Positions 9,876-19,653 of a stretch of DNA of 64,000 nt are shown in pieces (positions within the stretch are counted from its first letter, which is position 1; the number at the start of each line of letters is the position of its first letter). The DNA comes from an uncultured cyanobacterium. Lineage in GTDB: Bacteria > Cyanobacteriota > Cyanobacteriia > PCC-9006 > JAAUQQ01. Position numbers and translations under genes: made by a program. The stretch is taken from NCBI GenBank assembly GCA_963718615.1, contig OY970368.1:736001-800000 (forward strand), read 5' to 3'. The notes beneath the pieces are model-generated. The model worked only from the letters and a program-made list of their open reading frames with translations, was not told the origin of the DNA and did not search any database.

Positions 9876-10865
9876 TCACTCCCCCTGCAACCCCAACAAC
9901 ACCTCAATCACCGCCCCATGCAAAACCCCATTACTCGCCACAATCCCCGTATTGTTGGCTAGCGTACTGCCCTGGGTGAAATCCAGCGGATTGCCGTGGC
10001 GATCGCTCACCTTTCCCCCCGCCTCTTCCAACACCACCACCCCAGCCGCATGGTCCCAGATATTTTCCTTACGGTTGATATACTTACCCGACGGTAACCG
10101 CAAATAGAGATCCGCTTCGCCTCGGGCGATCGCCCCATATTTCCCCAAACTATCCATACAGAAAGGCTCTGCCGTAATCCCCACCGCCTTCGCCGCCGCT
10201 TCCTGCTCCGTCGGTGTACCGTGGGATTTTTCCACACTTTGAACTAACCGGAACTGAGCCGCTTGGCTGGCATCATTGACCTTGAGATCGCGGATAAATT
10301 CCCCCTCAATGGTCAACAGCTTGGCACCCGTGCCGCGCACCCCTAGGAACAGCACACCGCGTCCAGCCTCTGGATTTGCTGGGTCTACCGCCATGGCCGG
10401 TGCACCCACCACCCCGACCTTGACCTCGCCATTTTCGATCAGAGCTAGGGCGATCGCATACTGATCCCCCCGCACATACCCCTTCGTCCCATCAATCGGA
10501 TCCAGCGTCCAAAACCGAGGGCCGGATCCTCCCTTACCGCGCCCCACCCAGGAAACCACTTGGTCAGATGTCGCGCCGGATACATACTCCGCCACCCGCG
10601 TTGTCACCAAAGCCAAACAGTCGGCCATGTCGGGCTGTCGCAACAGCGTCGCATCTTCTTCCCCCACAATCGGGTCATCAGGAAAGACTTCGTCTAAAAC
10701 CCGGCAAATCATAGCCTGAGAGCCATAGTCGGCGATCGTCACCGGGCTCTCATCGGGTTTTTCAATGGCATCGGATAGGTTCTCTGCGCGGACCTTTTCG
10801 CAAAGTTGGGCAGCGGCGGCGACTGCCTGGATAGCGATTTTTTGTTCTAATTCGTAGGGCATCAT
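9876..10865 (-). CDS. 3'(2'),5'-bisphosphate nucleotidase (HAL2/CysQ, inositol monophosphatase superfamily)
   Basis: SPVTIADYGSQA, IVGEEDA, WTLDPIDGTKG and ENIWDHAAG motifs. Confidence 0.92.
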   Translation of the reverse strand: MMPYELEQKIAIQAVAAAAQLCEKVRAENLSDAIEKPDESPVTIADYGSQAMICRVLDEVFPDDPIVGEEDATLLRQPDMADCLALVTTRVAEYVSGATSDQVVSWVGRGKGGSGPRFWTLDPIDGTKGYVRGDQYAIALALIENGEVKVGVVGAPAMAVDPANPEAGRGVLFLGVRGTGAKLLTIEGEFIRDLKVNDASQAAQFRLVQSVEKSHGTPTEQEAAAKAVGITAEPFCMDSLGKYGAIARGEADLYLRLPSGKYINRKENIWDHAAGVVVLEEAGGKVSDRHGNPLDFTQGSTLANNTGIVASNGVLHGAVIEVLLGLQGE

Positions 10866-11044
10866 AGGTCTATTTTACTACTGCGATCGCCCCTGGGGAT
10901 AGGGAGACAACCCCATTCTAAGCTTGGTCTTTACCCCCCTCGACCCTTTTGAGCAGATTCTGCATCTTCTGTGCATTGAGCGATCTCCGGATAAAACCGA
11001 CTCGCCCCCACGGTCAACTTAGGAAGTCTTTTCCCTAAATCCCT

Positions 11045-14002
11045 ATGTCAAACACTGTAGAAACTGCCGACAACCAAGCCCTAGAGAGCCTTTCAGCCAA
11101 GCTGAACCAGTGGTTTGGATTAGCAAAGTCGGAACTGGAGAATGAAGCGATCGCAGCAGAGCAGGCCACCGAAATGAACACTGTAGAGATTGCAGAAACA
11201 GAAGTCGCAGAAACAGCAGTCGCAGAAACAGAAATCGCAGCAATCGAAAACCTGGGAGACCTAGCAGAGCTTGCATTGACCCCTGCGGATATTGAGCAAT
11301 TGGAAGATGTCGCGGAACCGGCGATCGCCTTTGCCGATGAGGATTTTACAGAGTTCCATCAGGCTGAGTCCTTGAACAACGCTGAACCCCTAACGGATGC
11401 GGCGATTGAAATGGCGATCGCAGCGGTTCAAGAAGCGGCGATCGCAGCCACCATCGAAGCCAAAACTGAAACTGAAACTGAGCCAGAAACCTTATCTGAG
11501 GCAGCAGTAGAGGAGTGGCTGGGAGATGCGATCGCCCTAGAATCATTGCCAACTGTCCATGAAGCGGTTACTGAAGAAACGGTTACTGAAGAAACGGTTA
11601 CTGCTGAAGAAATCACCGCTGAAGCTACTGAAACTGCCGAAACCACTGTAATTGAAGCAGTTACAACTGAAGTGGTTACGACTGACGCGGCTACAACTGA
11701 AGAGATCTCGCCGGAAGCAGGCATCATCGCCGAACCCGCTACCCCTGAAGATCTAGCTACCGAATTAGCAGAGTCCGTTGAACTAGAGATTGCACCAGAG
11801 GCGATCGTAGAAGTTGTATCAGAGATTGAACTAAAGATCGCGCCAGAGACAGAGAGCGTTGCAAACACAGCGGAAACCATTGCGCTAGAAGAGGTTACTC
11901 AAGAAAAAGTAGCCCAGGTAGAGATTGCTCAAGAGGAGATTTCCCAAGAAGAACTTGCCCAGGAAGAACTTGCTCAAGCAGCGATTCCTCCACAAGTATC
12001 AATCCAAGAAGTGATTGCCGAAGAACCGATTGCGGAAGAACTGGCCACCGAAGAATTGGCTACCGAAGAATTGGCCACTGAAGAAACAGTTGCCGCAGCA
12101 CTAGACACTGAAGAACCAGTATCCGAAGAACCGATTGCCGAAGAATTAGTCTCAGAAGAACTCGCTACCGAAGCAACAATGGCTGAGGAGATTGTGCCGG
12201 AAGCAATGGTTCTCGAAGCAACGCCAGAGATAGCAGCAGCAGCAGTAGTGCCAGAAACAATTGCAGCAGCAGTTGAAGAAGAAAAAGAAGAAGCTCAAGG
12301 AACAGAAATTGCAGTAGTCGAGGCGATCGCAGACGAAACACCCATCACCGTTCAAGAACCCGTCACAGAACCGCCCGTCACAGAAACACCTGTTACAGAA
12401 ACACCCGACGCACCTCTGCTCACCTACAATGGCCCCACGGAACTTCTGATCAAAACACCTATTCTGCTCCAGGGCACCTACAATCCTCAAAAAGTTGTAA
12501 AGGTAACCGTTACAGCGGAAGACAAGTATGATTTCACCGTTGTCCTAGATGCCACCGCCGGTTCTTGGAAAGTCGAGCTCAGCGATGGCTTCTATCAAGC
12601 CGGTGCCCGTTGGGTACGCATTGAGGCATTGGATGGGGGTGATCGCGTCCTCAATAGCCAAGTGGTAAACCTCATCGTCAGTTCCAATCCCCTTAGCGTC
12701 GGCAAAGCCCTCAAACTTACCGTTTTGCGACCCACGTTCTTTAAACCAACGCCCACTGACTCCCGCTCCCAGCGCAAGAATGCTCTTGTAGCCGTGCCCG
12801 CAGGCGAGAGCTTCACGGTGCAGCGTTATAGCTATACCGATGGTCATGTGTTGGTTGAACTCGATCGCAGCTTTGACGGCATTGGCAACACCGGCTACTT
12901 CTACGCCAGCCATGTGGAACTGCGCAAGGGACAGCAAATTTTGGCCTTTGAAATTGGTCAGGTTCCTGTCATCATTCCCGGTGCCTGCCAGGTACTGATT
13001 ACCCAGGAAACGTTGCTCAAGCAAAAACCCGTCGATTCTATTGATTTGAGCGAAGATCAAGCCTTTGTGCTCAAGCAAGGTCAGCATTTTGAAATTACGG
13101 GCTATGCCTGCATTCGAGGCCATTTCCGCGTCACACTCCTCCAAGAAATCCCTGGTTTTGGCCGCACGGGCTATGTGTTCTTTGACCATGCACAAATCAA
13201 ACGCAATGAAAAGTTGGTTGAGTTTGATGCCGATGCCCTGCTTCTGTCGGTGTTGGAACCCACGGTGTTCAAGAAGCGCCCGGTGAATTCTAGCAACCTC
13301 TTAGATGAGCAAAAGTGCTCACTACCCCAAGGCCAGGTCTATGGTGTGTTGGCCTACGAACCCGCTGAAGATGACCACATTGCGGTTACACTCAGCGAGA
13401 ATCTGCCGGGGTTTGGCAATACGGGCTATGTGCATCCTAGCCATGTGCAACTGAATCGGGGTGCGAAGGTGATTGAGGCGATCGCCTCCCAAATCGAGCT
13501 CAATGTCCCCTACTTCTGTCAGCGAGACAACTATTTTCGTCCCCTCAGTACCTGCAATGTCACAGCCCTAGCAATGGTCATGCATTACTACGGCGTCCAG
13601 CCTCGCTGGGGTCAACTCGAAGACGAGCTCTACGAGTGGTGCGTTAACAACTATGGTGCTGACGCTCAAACGGAAAATGTAGTGCTGGTGCGCTTGGCCC
13701 AAGCCTATGGATTCAAGGCCAGTTTTGCCACCAATCGCACTTGGTCCGAGGTTCGGGCTCAGTTGCGCAAAAAACAGCCGGTGGTTTTGGGCGGCTACTT
13801 TACCGCTGGAGGCCACATCCTAACGGTGATTGGCTTTAACAGCGAAGGTTATATCGTCAACGATCCCTGGGGCGACGCGCTGACAGGCTATCACAGCGCC
13901 TATGGCCGCAAGCTGTTCTATCCGAAGGCTTACATGGAGAAAATGTGTAGCCCAGAAGGAGATGGCCATGTTTGGGCACATTTTATTGAGCCGCAGGGCT
14001 AG
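11045..14002 (+). CDS. C39-like cysteine peptidase with long acidic low-complexity N-terminus and three SH3-like repeats
   Basis: C-terminal NVPYFCQRDN..TCNVTALAM..GHILTVIG..VNDPWG (Cys-His-Asp); three GH..V.L...G.GxTGY...H repeats; ~450 aa E/A/T-rich N-terminus. Confidence 0.85.
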   Translation: MSNTVETADNQALESLSAKLNQWFGLAKSELENEAIAAEQATEMNTVEIAETEVAETAVAETEIAAIENLGDLAELALTPADIEQLEDVAEPAIAFADEDFTEFHQAESLNNAEPLTDAAIEMAIAAVQEAAIAATIEAKTETETEPETLSEAAVEEWLGDAIALESLPTVHEAVTEETVTEETVTAEEITAEATETAETTVIEAVTTEVVTTDAATTEEISPEAGIIAEPATPEDLATELAESVELEIAPEAIVEVVSEIELKIAPETESVANTAETIALEEVTQEKVAQVEIAQEEISQEELAQEELAQAAIPPQVSIQEVIAEEPIAEELATEELATEELATEETVAAALDTEEPVSEEPIAEELVSEELATEATMAEEIVPEAMVLEATPEIAAAAVVPETIAAAVEEEKEEAQGTEIAVVEAIADETPITVQEPVTEPPVTETPVTETPDAPLLTYNGPTELLIKTPILLQGTYNPQKVVKVTVTAEDKYDFTVVLDATAGSWKVELSDGFYQAGARWVRIEALDGGDRVLNSQVVNLIVSSNPLSVGKALKLTVLRPTFFKPTPTDSRSQRKNALVAVPAGESFTVQRYSYTDGHVLVELDRSFDGIGNTGYFYASHVELRKGQQILAFEIGQVPVIIPGACQVLITQETLLKQKPVDSIDLSEDQAFVLKQGQHFEITGYACIRGHFRVTLLQEIPGFGRTGYVFFDHAQIKRNEKLVEFDADALLLSVLEPTVFKKRPVNSSNLLDEQKCSLPQGQVYGVLAYEPAEDDHIAVTLSENLPGFGNTGYVHPSHVQLNRGAKVIEAIASQIELNVPYFCQRDNYFRPLSTCNVTALAMVMHYYGVQPRWGQLEDELYEWCVNNYGADAQTENVVLVRLAQAYGFKASFATNRTWSEVRAQLRKKQPVVLGGYFTAGGHILTVIGFNSEGYIVNDPWGDALTGYHSAYGRKLFYPKAYMEKMCSPEGDGHVWAHFIEPQG

Positions 14003-14036
14003 AGGTTGGGCGATCGCCTAGACGCTCCAACTCTCG

Positions 14037-14085
14037 TGAAACCCAACAGCAATGAGGAGCGATCCTTGGCCTGTTGGGTTTTTCA
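14037..14085 (+). terminator. Hairpin downstream of the peptidase gene
   Basis: AAACCCAACAG ... CTGTTGGGTTT inverted repeat followed by T-rich sequence; the loop is long. Confidence 0.4.
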
Positions 14086-14137
14086 TGTTGGGCTTTTTAT
14101 GTTGGTTTTGTCAGTAGAATGGACAGTAACCTTCCCC

Positions 14138-14309
14138 CAAGAAAGTGGCAGAACCAACCGCATTGAGTGGTTCAACTATACCCTCAGACAACGGGTGTCG
14201 AGATTGGTGCGTAAGATGCTTTCATTCTCGAAAAAGCTCGAAAACCACATCGTTGCAATTTGATATTTCGTCCAAGATTACAATGCGTCCTTACGCGTTT
14301 AGGACTAAC
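14138..14309 (+). pseudogene. IS1-family transposase (InsB) 3' remnant with right end
   Basis: ESGRTNRIEWFNYTLRQRVSRLVRKMLSFSKKLENHIVAI*YFVQDYNASL; TGA where IS1 InsB usually has W; ends TTTAGGACTAAC. Confidence 0.85.
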
Positions 14310-14378
14310 GGGAGAAGAGCCTTTATCTGCCAGAGCAACTCCTGCCTCATCCGCATTCACTAATTCAGCAATGTTGAT

Positions 14379-14552
14379 CTAGACAGCGAATCAGGCCGTA
14401 ATGTGGTGAAGTTGACGCAGAAACCGGCACGGGAGCGAGGATGTACAATTTTGTTGGTGACCCACGACAACCGGATTTTGGGTATTGCCGATCGCATTGT
14501 TCACTTCGAAGATGGCCACCTTACCTCCACCCCAGCGATCTTGCCAGTTTAA
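14379..14552 (+). pseudogene. DevA-like ABC ATPase C-terminal fragment
   Basis: Hand translation LDSESGRNVVKLTQKPARERGCTILLVTHDNRILGIADRIVHFEDGHL (D-loop and H-switch); no N-terminal part. Confidence 0.8.
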
Positions 14553-14625
14553 GGTCGCTAGAAAACACGGTGCATGTTCCTATAAATCAGCACATCAGTG
14601 GAGTGATCACTCTTCTGTAGCTCAA

Positions 14626-17016
14626 TTACTGAATTACTCTAAAAACTGTTCGGAATACTTTAAGACTAAATATGCTTGGCAAAATTAAGCCAAGAAGACT
14701 TGGAACTATTGGAAGGAAGCCATTCCAGAAGATGAGTGTCCCCCAGGAAACAGTACAGAGTAAACAAAATAAAGCTACTCGTAAAAGAAGGCGCAACTTT
14801 GTTGCCGGTAGACCTAGGGCTAAAATAACACCATTGCAACTCCAAAAAAGAATCCAGAGATTGTCTGCTAACATTGGCCAGAACCAGAGCAACGGACGAT
14901 GCCCGACAGCAGCATCGATAATTTGACTGGTTACATGGGCTTGTAGCACAACCCCTGGAAGATCGTACCGGAAAGGCGTTCTATGGTAATCTCTATAGCT
15001 AGCTGCTGTGGTACCAATGAGCACAATCCGGTTTTTAATCGATTGTGCTGCAATTTCGCCATCGAGGACCTGTGAGAGTGAGACTGTCTCAAAGCTATTG
15101 ACCGGAGATGAACCTGGAATTTTCCGATACCGAAGCAAAATCTGTAATCCTCTAACATCAGCATTCAAGTAAATGCCTGGGCGAGTTTTGAGAGATGTTA
15201 GGGTAGCTTCTCCCAACTGCCAAGAATTACCTGTTGGAAACTGAAGCTGTATATCTTTTTCGCTTAAGTATCTTAGTGCGAGTTGTAAATTAAGAGAATA
15301 GGGAGGGACGCATTGACCAACTTCTGGCTGCATGGCGATCAGAGCACGCCGAACGACTCTATCTTGGTCGCTCATCGTATCGCTAAATCCGACAGATTTT
15401 AGGGGAAAGTTTTGGGGGGGAATGACTTCCGGCTTTGATGCAGCTATATCTCTAACTCGACAGGTTGTGATGAGAGGTGAGTTTGTGTTAGCCCATTTTG
15501 AAATATCATTAGGATTTGATAGATGAGGTTTCACTTCCTTAAGTAGCAAAGATTCATTCTCTCCTTGCTCAAAGGATCGATCGCGATAAATATCTAGGCC
15601 AATTACGGCTGCTTCTGCCTGATTCAATATCGTGAGTAATTGATTGAGAGCAGTAGGCGAAAGAGAATCAATCCTATCCTTCTGAGTAGGATGATAAAGG
15701 TCGTCTTCAGTAACTTCTACGATCAAGATACTGGGGTCGTATTCATCATTTGCAGGGCTCAATCGCACTATTACGTCATAGCTCCAGAGTTCAAGCTGTT
15801 GTAAAGCTCCGCTAAAGCGTAATCCGAGAACAGCGGCGGTTATCCCAATGCTTAGGGCTGCAATATAAAATACTTGGTGATAAGTTGGTAATCTTCGGAG
15901 AAAATCTCTCGATTGCAACGGAATCTCGGCGTTGTCTGACTGTAGATCGTGCCAAGTTGGGGGAGAGAAAGCGGGATTTTGGCAGATAATCGGAAGCCAA
16001 GTTGCACAAGGGAAATCATTTTCTAAGCTTTCTAGGCGATCGCGTGCCTGTCGCACTGCTGTATAAAGTGTTTTACCCCCAGCATAATCATGTAAAAAAT
16101 ACTGTAGGAACTTCTGAGCAACAATATCTGGTACCAGCTCCCGCATAAGAATGAGCTGAGGAATATTGAGTTCCTCTAGTTCCCAGGCTAATCCTAAGCC
16201 ATCACAGGAATTGAAAATAGCGAGCTGTAGCCCTCGACTAATTGCTTGTTTGAGAGATTTTCTAAGTTGTCCTATGGAAAGACTATCAGTTTCATTTAGC
16301 TGTATATACCCTATTGCATTGGATGTTTGACTGTGACCTGCAAAAAAGAGAATATCCCATGACTGGTGCCACAGCTTATCTGAAAATTCCTGGCGAGAAG
16401 GTTTGCGTAAAATTTCAACGTTGGCATTAGACAGTGCTCGTAGATCTATCTCATCTATCTCTGTATTAATACCCTGATTGTCACCAAAGATAGCTAAAAT
16501 ATTTACCTTTGGTGTTACTGGAGACTTAAGGCTTACGAATTTTGAATAGTCATTTTTGCAAAAACCCAGCTCTAATGTCGGGTATTGCTCCAGCTCCTCC
16601 CAGAGATGCCAAGGTAGTCGCCACAACTGTGGGTCATTGGCCTGAATGAGGATTCGACATTCCTGATCTGAAGCGAGTTCTCGATACAGCTCTCGTCGAA
16701 CTGGGTTAAAGCCGGGGTCAGCAAGCCACGTATCAATATCAGCCTTAAGACTGGCTGAGAGCTGTCTACATTCTTGGCGAAGAGAAGCCGCAGAGCTATC
16801 AATTCTCGCTGCTTTTGTTTTGATAGCCCGAACCTGCTTTCCGAGGGCTCGATAACTTTTACTCCATTCACAATAATGAGTTGCTAATTGTGGATAGAAA
16901 GGTAGGGATCCTGTCGATTGAAGATAGGGGGAACCCTGTTCTTCTCTGGCTTGGATTATGACTTTAAAGCCAGACTCTAAAGAACCATCAAAACTAAGTA
17001 TAATGAGCTTAGGCAT
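14626..17016 (-). CDS. Membrane CHAT (caspase-like) - CHASE2 sensor protein
   Basis: ILFFAGHS and AIFNSCDG His/Cys dyad; WLPIICQNP; TM helix; CHASE2 (AAVIGLDIYRD, VLIGTTA, PGVVLQAH..SQII); three C-terminal TM helices. Confidence 0.9.
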   Translation of the reverse strand: MPKLIILSFDGSLESGFKVIIQAREEQGSPYLQSTGSLPFYPQLATHYCEWSKSYRALGKQVRAIKTKAARIDSSAASLRQECRQLSASLKADIDTWLADPGFNPVRRELYRELASDQECRILIQANDPQLWRLPWHLWEELEQYPTLELGFCKNDYSKFVSLKSPVTPKVNILAIFGDNQGINTEIDEIDLRALSNANVEILRKPSRQEFSDKLWHQSWDILFFAGHSQTSNAIGYIQLNETDSLSIGQLRKSLKQAISRGLQLAIFNSCDGLGLAWELEELNIPQLILMRELVPDIVAQKFLQYFLHDYAGGKTLYTAVRQARDRLESLENDFPCATWLPIICQNPAFSPPTWHDLQSDNAEIPLQSRDFLRRLPTYHQVFYIAALSIGITAAVLGLRFSGALQQLELWSYDVIVRLSPANDEYDPSILIVEVTEDDLYHPTQKDRIDSLSPTALNQLLTILNQAEAAVIGLDIYRDRSFEQGENESLLLKEVKPHLSNPNDISKWANTNSPLITTCRVRDIAASKPEVIPPQNFPLKSVGFSDTMSDQDRVVRRALIAMQPEVGQCVPPYSLNLQLALRYLSEKDIQLQFPTGNSWQLGEATLTSLKTRPGIYLNADVRGLQILLRYRKIPGSSPVNSFETVSLSQVLDGEIAAQSIKNRIVLIGTTAASYRDYHRTPFRYDLPGVVLQAHVTSQIIDAAVGHRPLLWFWPMLADNLWILFWSCNGVILALGLPATKLRLLLRVALFCLLCTVSWGTLIFWNGFLPIVPSLLGLILPSIFSLKVFRTVFRVIQ

Positions 17017-17044
17017 CGGCTAATACTATCAATGAAGTATAGAC

Positions 17045-18148
17045 CTAAAGAACGATCTTTTCTTCAAAAGTAAGACCATTCAAGCTGAGGTGCAGAATCA
17101 CAGCATCACCTTTCGTCCCTGAGAATTCCAATTGAAGATGACGATTATGCTGTTGGGCACAGGCGGCGAGCAGTTCAGAACGATTCGTATCTAGCAAGGC
17201 TAGTTTTAGGTTCTGGGGCAAGTACTCTCGACGAGGGCCTGGAATTGCATCAATAGAGATTTCAAGTGGTTCCTCAATGCCCTCAGCAGCACGAATTACC
17301 AATGCTACTGTCTGGTCAATATCCTCGTCGAGGTTTGGTGCCATTGTACCTCCATGTAAATTAGGATATAACGAAATAAGTTTATATCCAGAAACACAGT
17401 TAGATGGAGTGTGATGAAACTTAGATTGGAGCGAGTGGCCTCCAAAAAAGTCTTCCATTTTTTGTTGAAGCTCGATATTTTCTAGAGTTCGATAGGCGTA
17501 TGTAAGGGTTGACGGGTTGGAAGAAGTGGGATGTATGACTGCGTCGAGAGAAGACCAGCCAGAGGCAAAGAAGTCAGACCACCATTGTCTCAGCTCGACA
17601 AATGGTGATTTGGCAGTCGCAAGAAACTCAGGAAACTCATCTATACCTCGGAAGTTTTCAATAGAAAACAATTCAGAGTTCCGAGCTCCTGTCGTCTCTG
17701 GATTAAGGCAATTCAGAAAGCCGAGTAATATAGCTTGGTGTTGATCTAAATCGATTTCTACAGCAAAATATGCGATCCGGTTTTCCCAAGACTCCGCTGG
17801 CACTCGAATATGATGACTTCCCGGAAGAACTGGACAGCATTCAACGATCCCTAGATCAGGTAGGCGAATATCTGCAATGTCTAAGAGAATTCGCCGAAAC
17901 GGTTCCTGAAACTCGGTTGCTTGAGTATCAGATTCTATTCCTAAACATTGGAAATAGTGGTTGACAGCAAATCTCGCTAGGGCATTGTGATAGATCTGTT
18001 GCTGTCTAGGCATTGGACAGTTTTGAGCAAGTCGCTTCGCTTCTTGTTCAGCTTTGGCTGTGAGGACGATCGGAAAACTTGGTGTTGGTAAGGATTCAGG
18101 GCTGTACAAGAGCGATGAGTTCATAGTATATGGGGTGATAAGCTGCAT
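17045..18148 (-). CDS. DUF1822-family protein (candidate anti-sigma / protease substrate)
   Basis: QIYHNALA.FAV..Y...LGI, VECCPV, VPAE.WENRIAYFAV, VELRQWW..F.SGW, LP.NLKL.LLD and QLEFSG..GD C-terminal beta domain. Confidence 0.85.
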   Translation of the reverse strand: MQLITPYTMNSSLLYSPESLPTPSFPIVLTAKAEQEAKRLAQNCPMPRQQQIYHNALARFAVNHYFQCLGIESDTQATEFQEPFRRILLDIADIRLPDLGIVECCPVLPGSHHIRVPAESWENRIAYFAVEIDLDQHQAILLGFLNCLNPETTGARNSELFSIENFRGIDEFPEFLATAKSPFVELRQWWSDFFASGWSSLDAVIHPTSSNPSTLTYAYRTLENIELQQKMEDFFGGHSLQSKFHHTPSNCVSGYKLISLYPNLHGGTMAPNLDEDIDQTVALVIRAAEGIEEPLEISIDAIPGPRREYLPQNLKLALLDTNRSELLAACAQQHNRHLQLEFSGTKGDAVILHLSLNGLTFEEKIVL

Positions 18149-18205
18149 TGTGGTGATGTGACAAAGGGCGGTGAAGATACCAATCGTTAGCTATTTGGAT
18201 GGTTT

Positions 18206-19396
18206 CTATTCTGGGTTTCGTACTGAATTCAGTTCGGGATTCCTATCTGAGAACGTTTGTGGCCACAGTACCATCATACTCCTTTCATAAAAGCTTCTAA
18301 GCTTCGTGGGGTCTACCTTTAGGGCATCACTAGGAATCTGCCAGAGATGTCCGGCATCTAAAAGGATTTTTGTTAACTCAGAAAATGTGATGCTTGGATA
18401 GTCTGGCATGACAATTTTGTACCGCTCATTACGAGTGACATCACGATAGCTAGGAAATCGCTTAACTCGGCTCCGGTGATCACTTTCCAGTTTCGCTTCA
18501 TCAATCTTAAATTTCTGCGCAATGTTTTCCCAGGACTCACCCTCAAACCGAGAAAACCGAATGGCATGAAGGGTTGATTTAGACTGCCCTTCAACGACTG
18601 GTGTCAAAAGATTATCAAGCCAGTTGCTTAAAAAGTTTCTGGGCGTCGTTAGTCTGTTAAAGCCGTATTGGTCAGCAATGTCTTGCCATGTTTTATTTTT
18701 TATTCGAGCTAGAACAATGTCTAGGAAGGTAATGTGTGGCTTATCTCGATTGGGAATTCGAAAAATATAGTCTTCTTTTAACCAGTCTAAAAGGTTACTT
18801 GTTGTAAAATCCGATGAATGACTAGGAACACGATCGAAATCAAAGTCTTGAACTGGTTTCCCGAATCTTTCTTGTCTTTTCAGATCAGTAGCCTGAGGGA
18901 TATGAGTTCGGTCAAAGCGAAAGTTAATCCACTTAATGAATTCACCTCGCTCAGCATCAAATTTATGGATGTTTTTACAAATCCAAAGCTGAAGAATGTT
19001 CTGAGCTTCGCGATAGGCTTCGTCTGAGGCAAAGTCGGGCCGTTTTTTGAGCCGATTGCTGAGGAATAGAGCTCGAAAGAGAATGTCAATCGCTGTTTGA
19101 AACTCCGGAGTTCCGAGTGCGTAACTTTGGACATGGAGAGCGATCGCCTTCATCTGTCGCTCTCCCAGTACGGCTTGCCAGGTCTTGGCAAGAAGCAAAG
19201 ATGAAATTTCGCTAAACCTTTGCTCGGAAAGCGGCCCTTGCTGTATCGTTTCTAGTAGAAGCACAGAAAGAGACTGACTTGCCAGTCTACTAATCTCTTG
19301 GTAGATATAAGGAGGTTTTCCCCGCTGGAGTAAGCGATAGAAAGCATTATGGCGGAGAAGCGCCTCAGCCATCTCCATGGAATCGAAATCAGTCAT
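18206..19396 (-). CDS. Divergent sigma-70/ECF-like factor of cyanobacterial CHAT/DUF1822 loci
   Basis: Sigma-2-like YREAQ....WICKNIHKFDAERGEFIKWINF and C-terminal W..IA..(F/Y) HTH modules; first gene of the operon with DUF1822; ATG 19396 preferred over GTG 19423. Confidence 0.7.
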   Translation of the reverse strand: MTDFDSMEMAEALLRHNAFYRLLQRGKPPYIYQEISRLASQSLSVLLLETIQQGPLSEQRFSEISSLLLAKTWQAVLGERQMKAIALHVQSYALGTPEFQTAIDILFRALFLSNRLKKRPDFASDEAYREAQNILQLWICKNIHKFDAERGEFIKWINFRFDRTHIPQATDLKRQERFGKPVQDFDFDRVPSHSSDFTTSNLLDWLKEDYIFRIPNRDKPHITFLDIVLARIKNKTWQDIADQYGFNRLTTPRNFLSNWLDNLLTPVVEGQSKSTLHAIRFSRFEGESWENIAQKFKIDEAKLESDHRSRVKRFPSYRDVTRNERYKIVMPDYPSITFSELTKILLDAGHLWQIPSDALKVDPTKLRSFYERSMMVLWPQTFSDRNPELNSVRNPE

Positions 19397-19416
19397 GCTA
19401 TGCCTATTGCATGGAA

Positions 19417-19460
19417 CCTTCACAAACTTAATCCTCGTCTACATGGGTAATTTACACGTT
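19417..19460 (-). promoter_or_regulatory. Bipartite promoter-like motif, copy 1 (sigma-like gene)
   Basis: Minus strand AACGTGTAAA-N17-GATTAA-GTTT-GTGAAGG. Confidence 0.7.
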
Positions 19461-19653
19461 CTGCTTTAGAATTTTCAAATTATTTTGCGGATGAAGAAAA
19501 TATTTCCTGTAATCTAATGTCATAGTATGTATTATTTCTACAGTAAACTCGTTTGCATTATCTCCCAATTTGGCGTCAGATCTACTAGATAGCCCGTATA
19601 AATAAATTCGTGATCGTTGCTAAAATTACTGAGAATATTGCCAAAGGTATCAT

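Noticed and set aside
14006-14263. 85-aa ORF as an intact gene
   Set aside because: Only the last ~40 codons are IS1 InsB; the N-terminal part runs through a terminator-like hairpin
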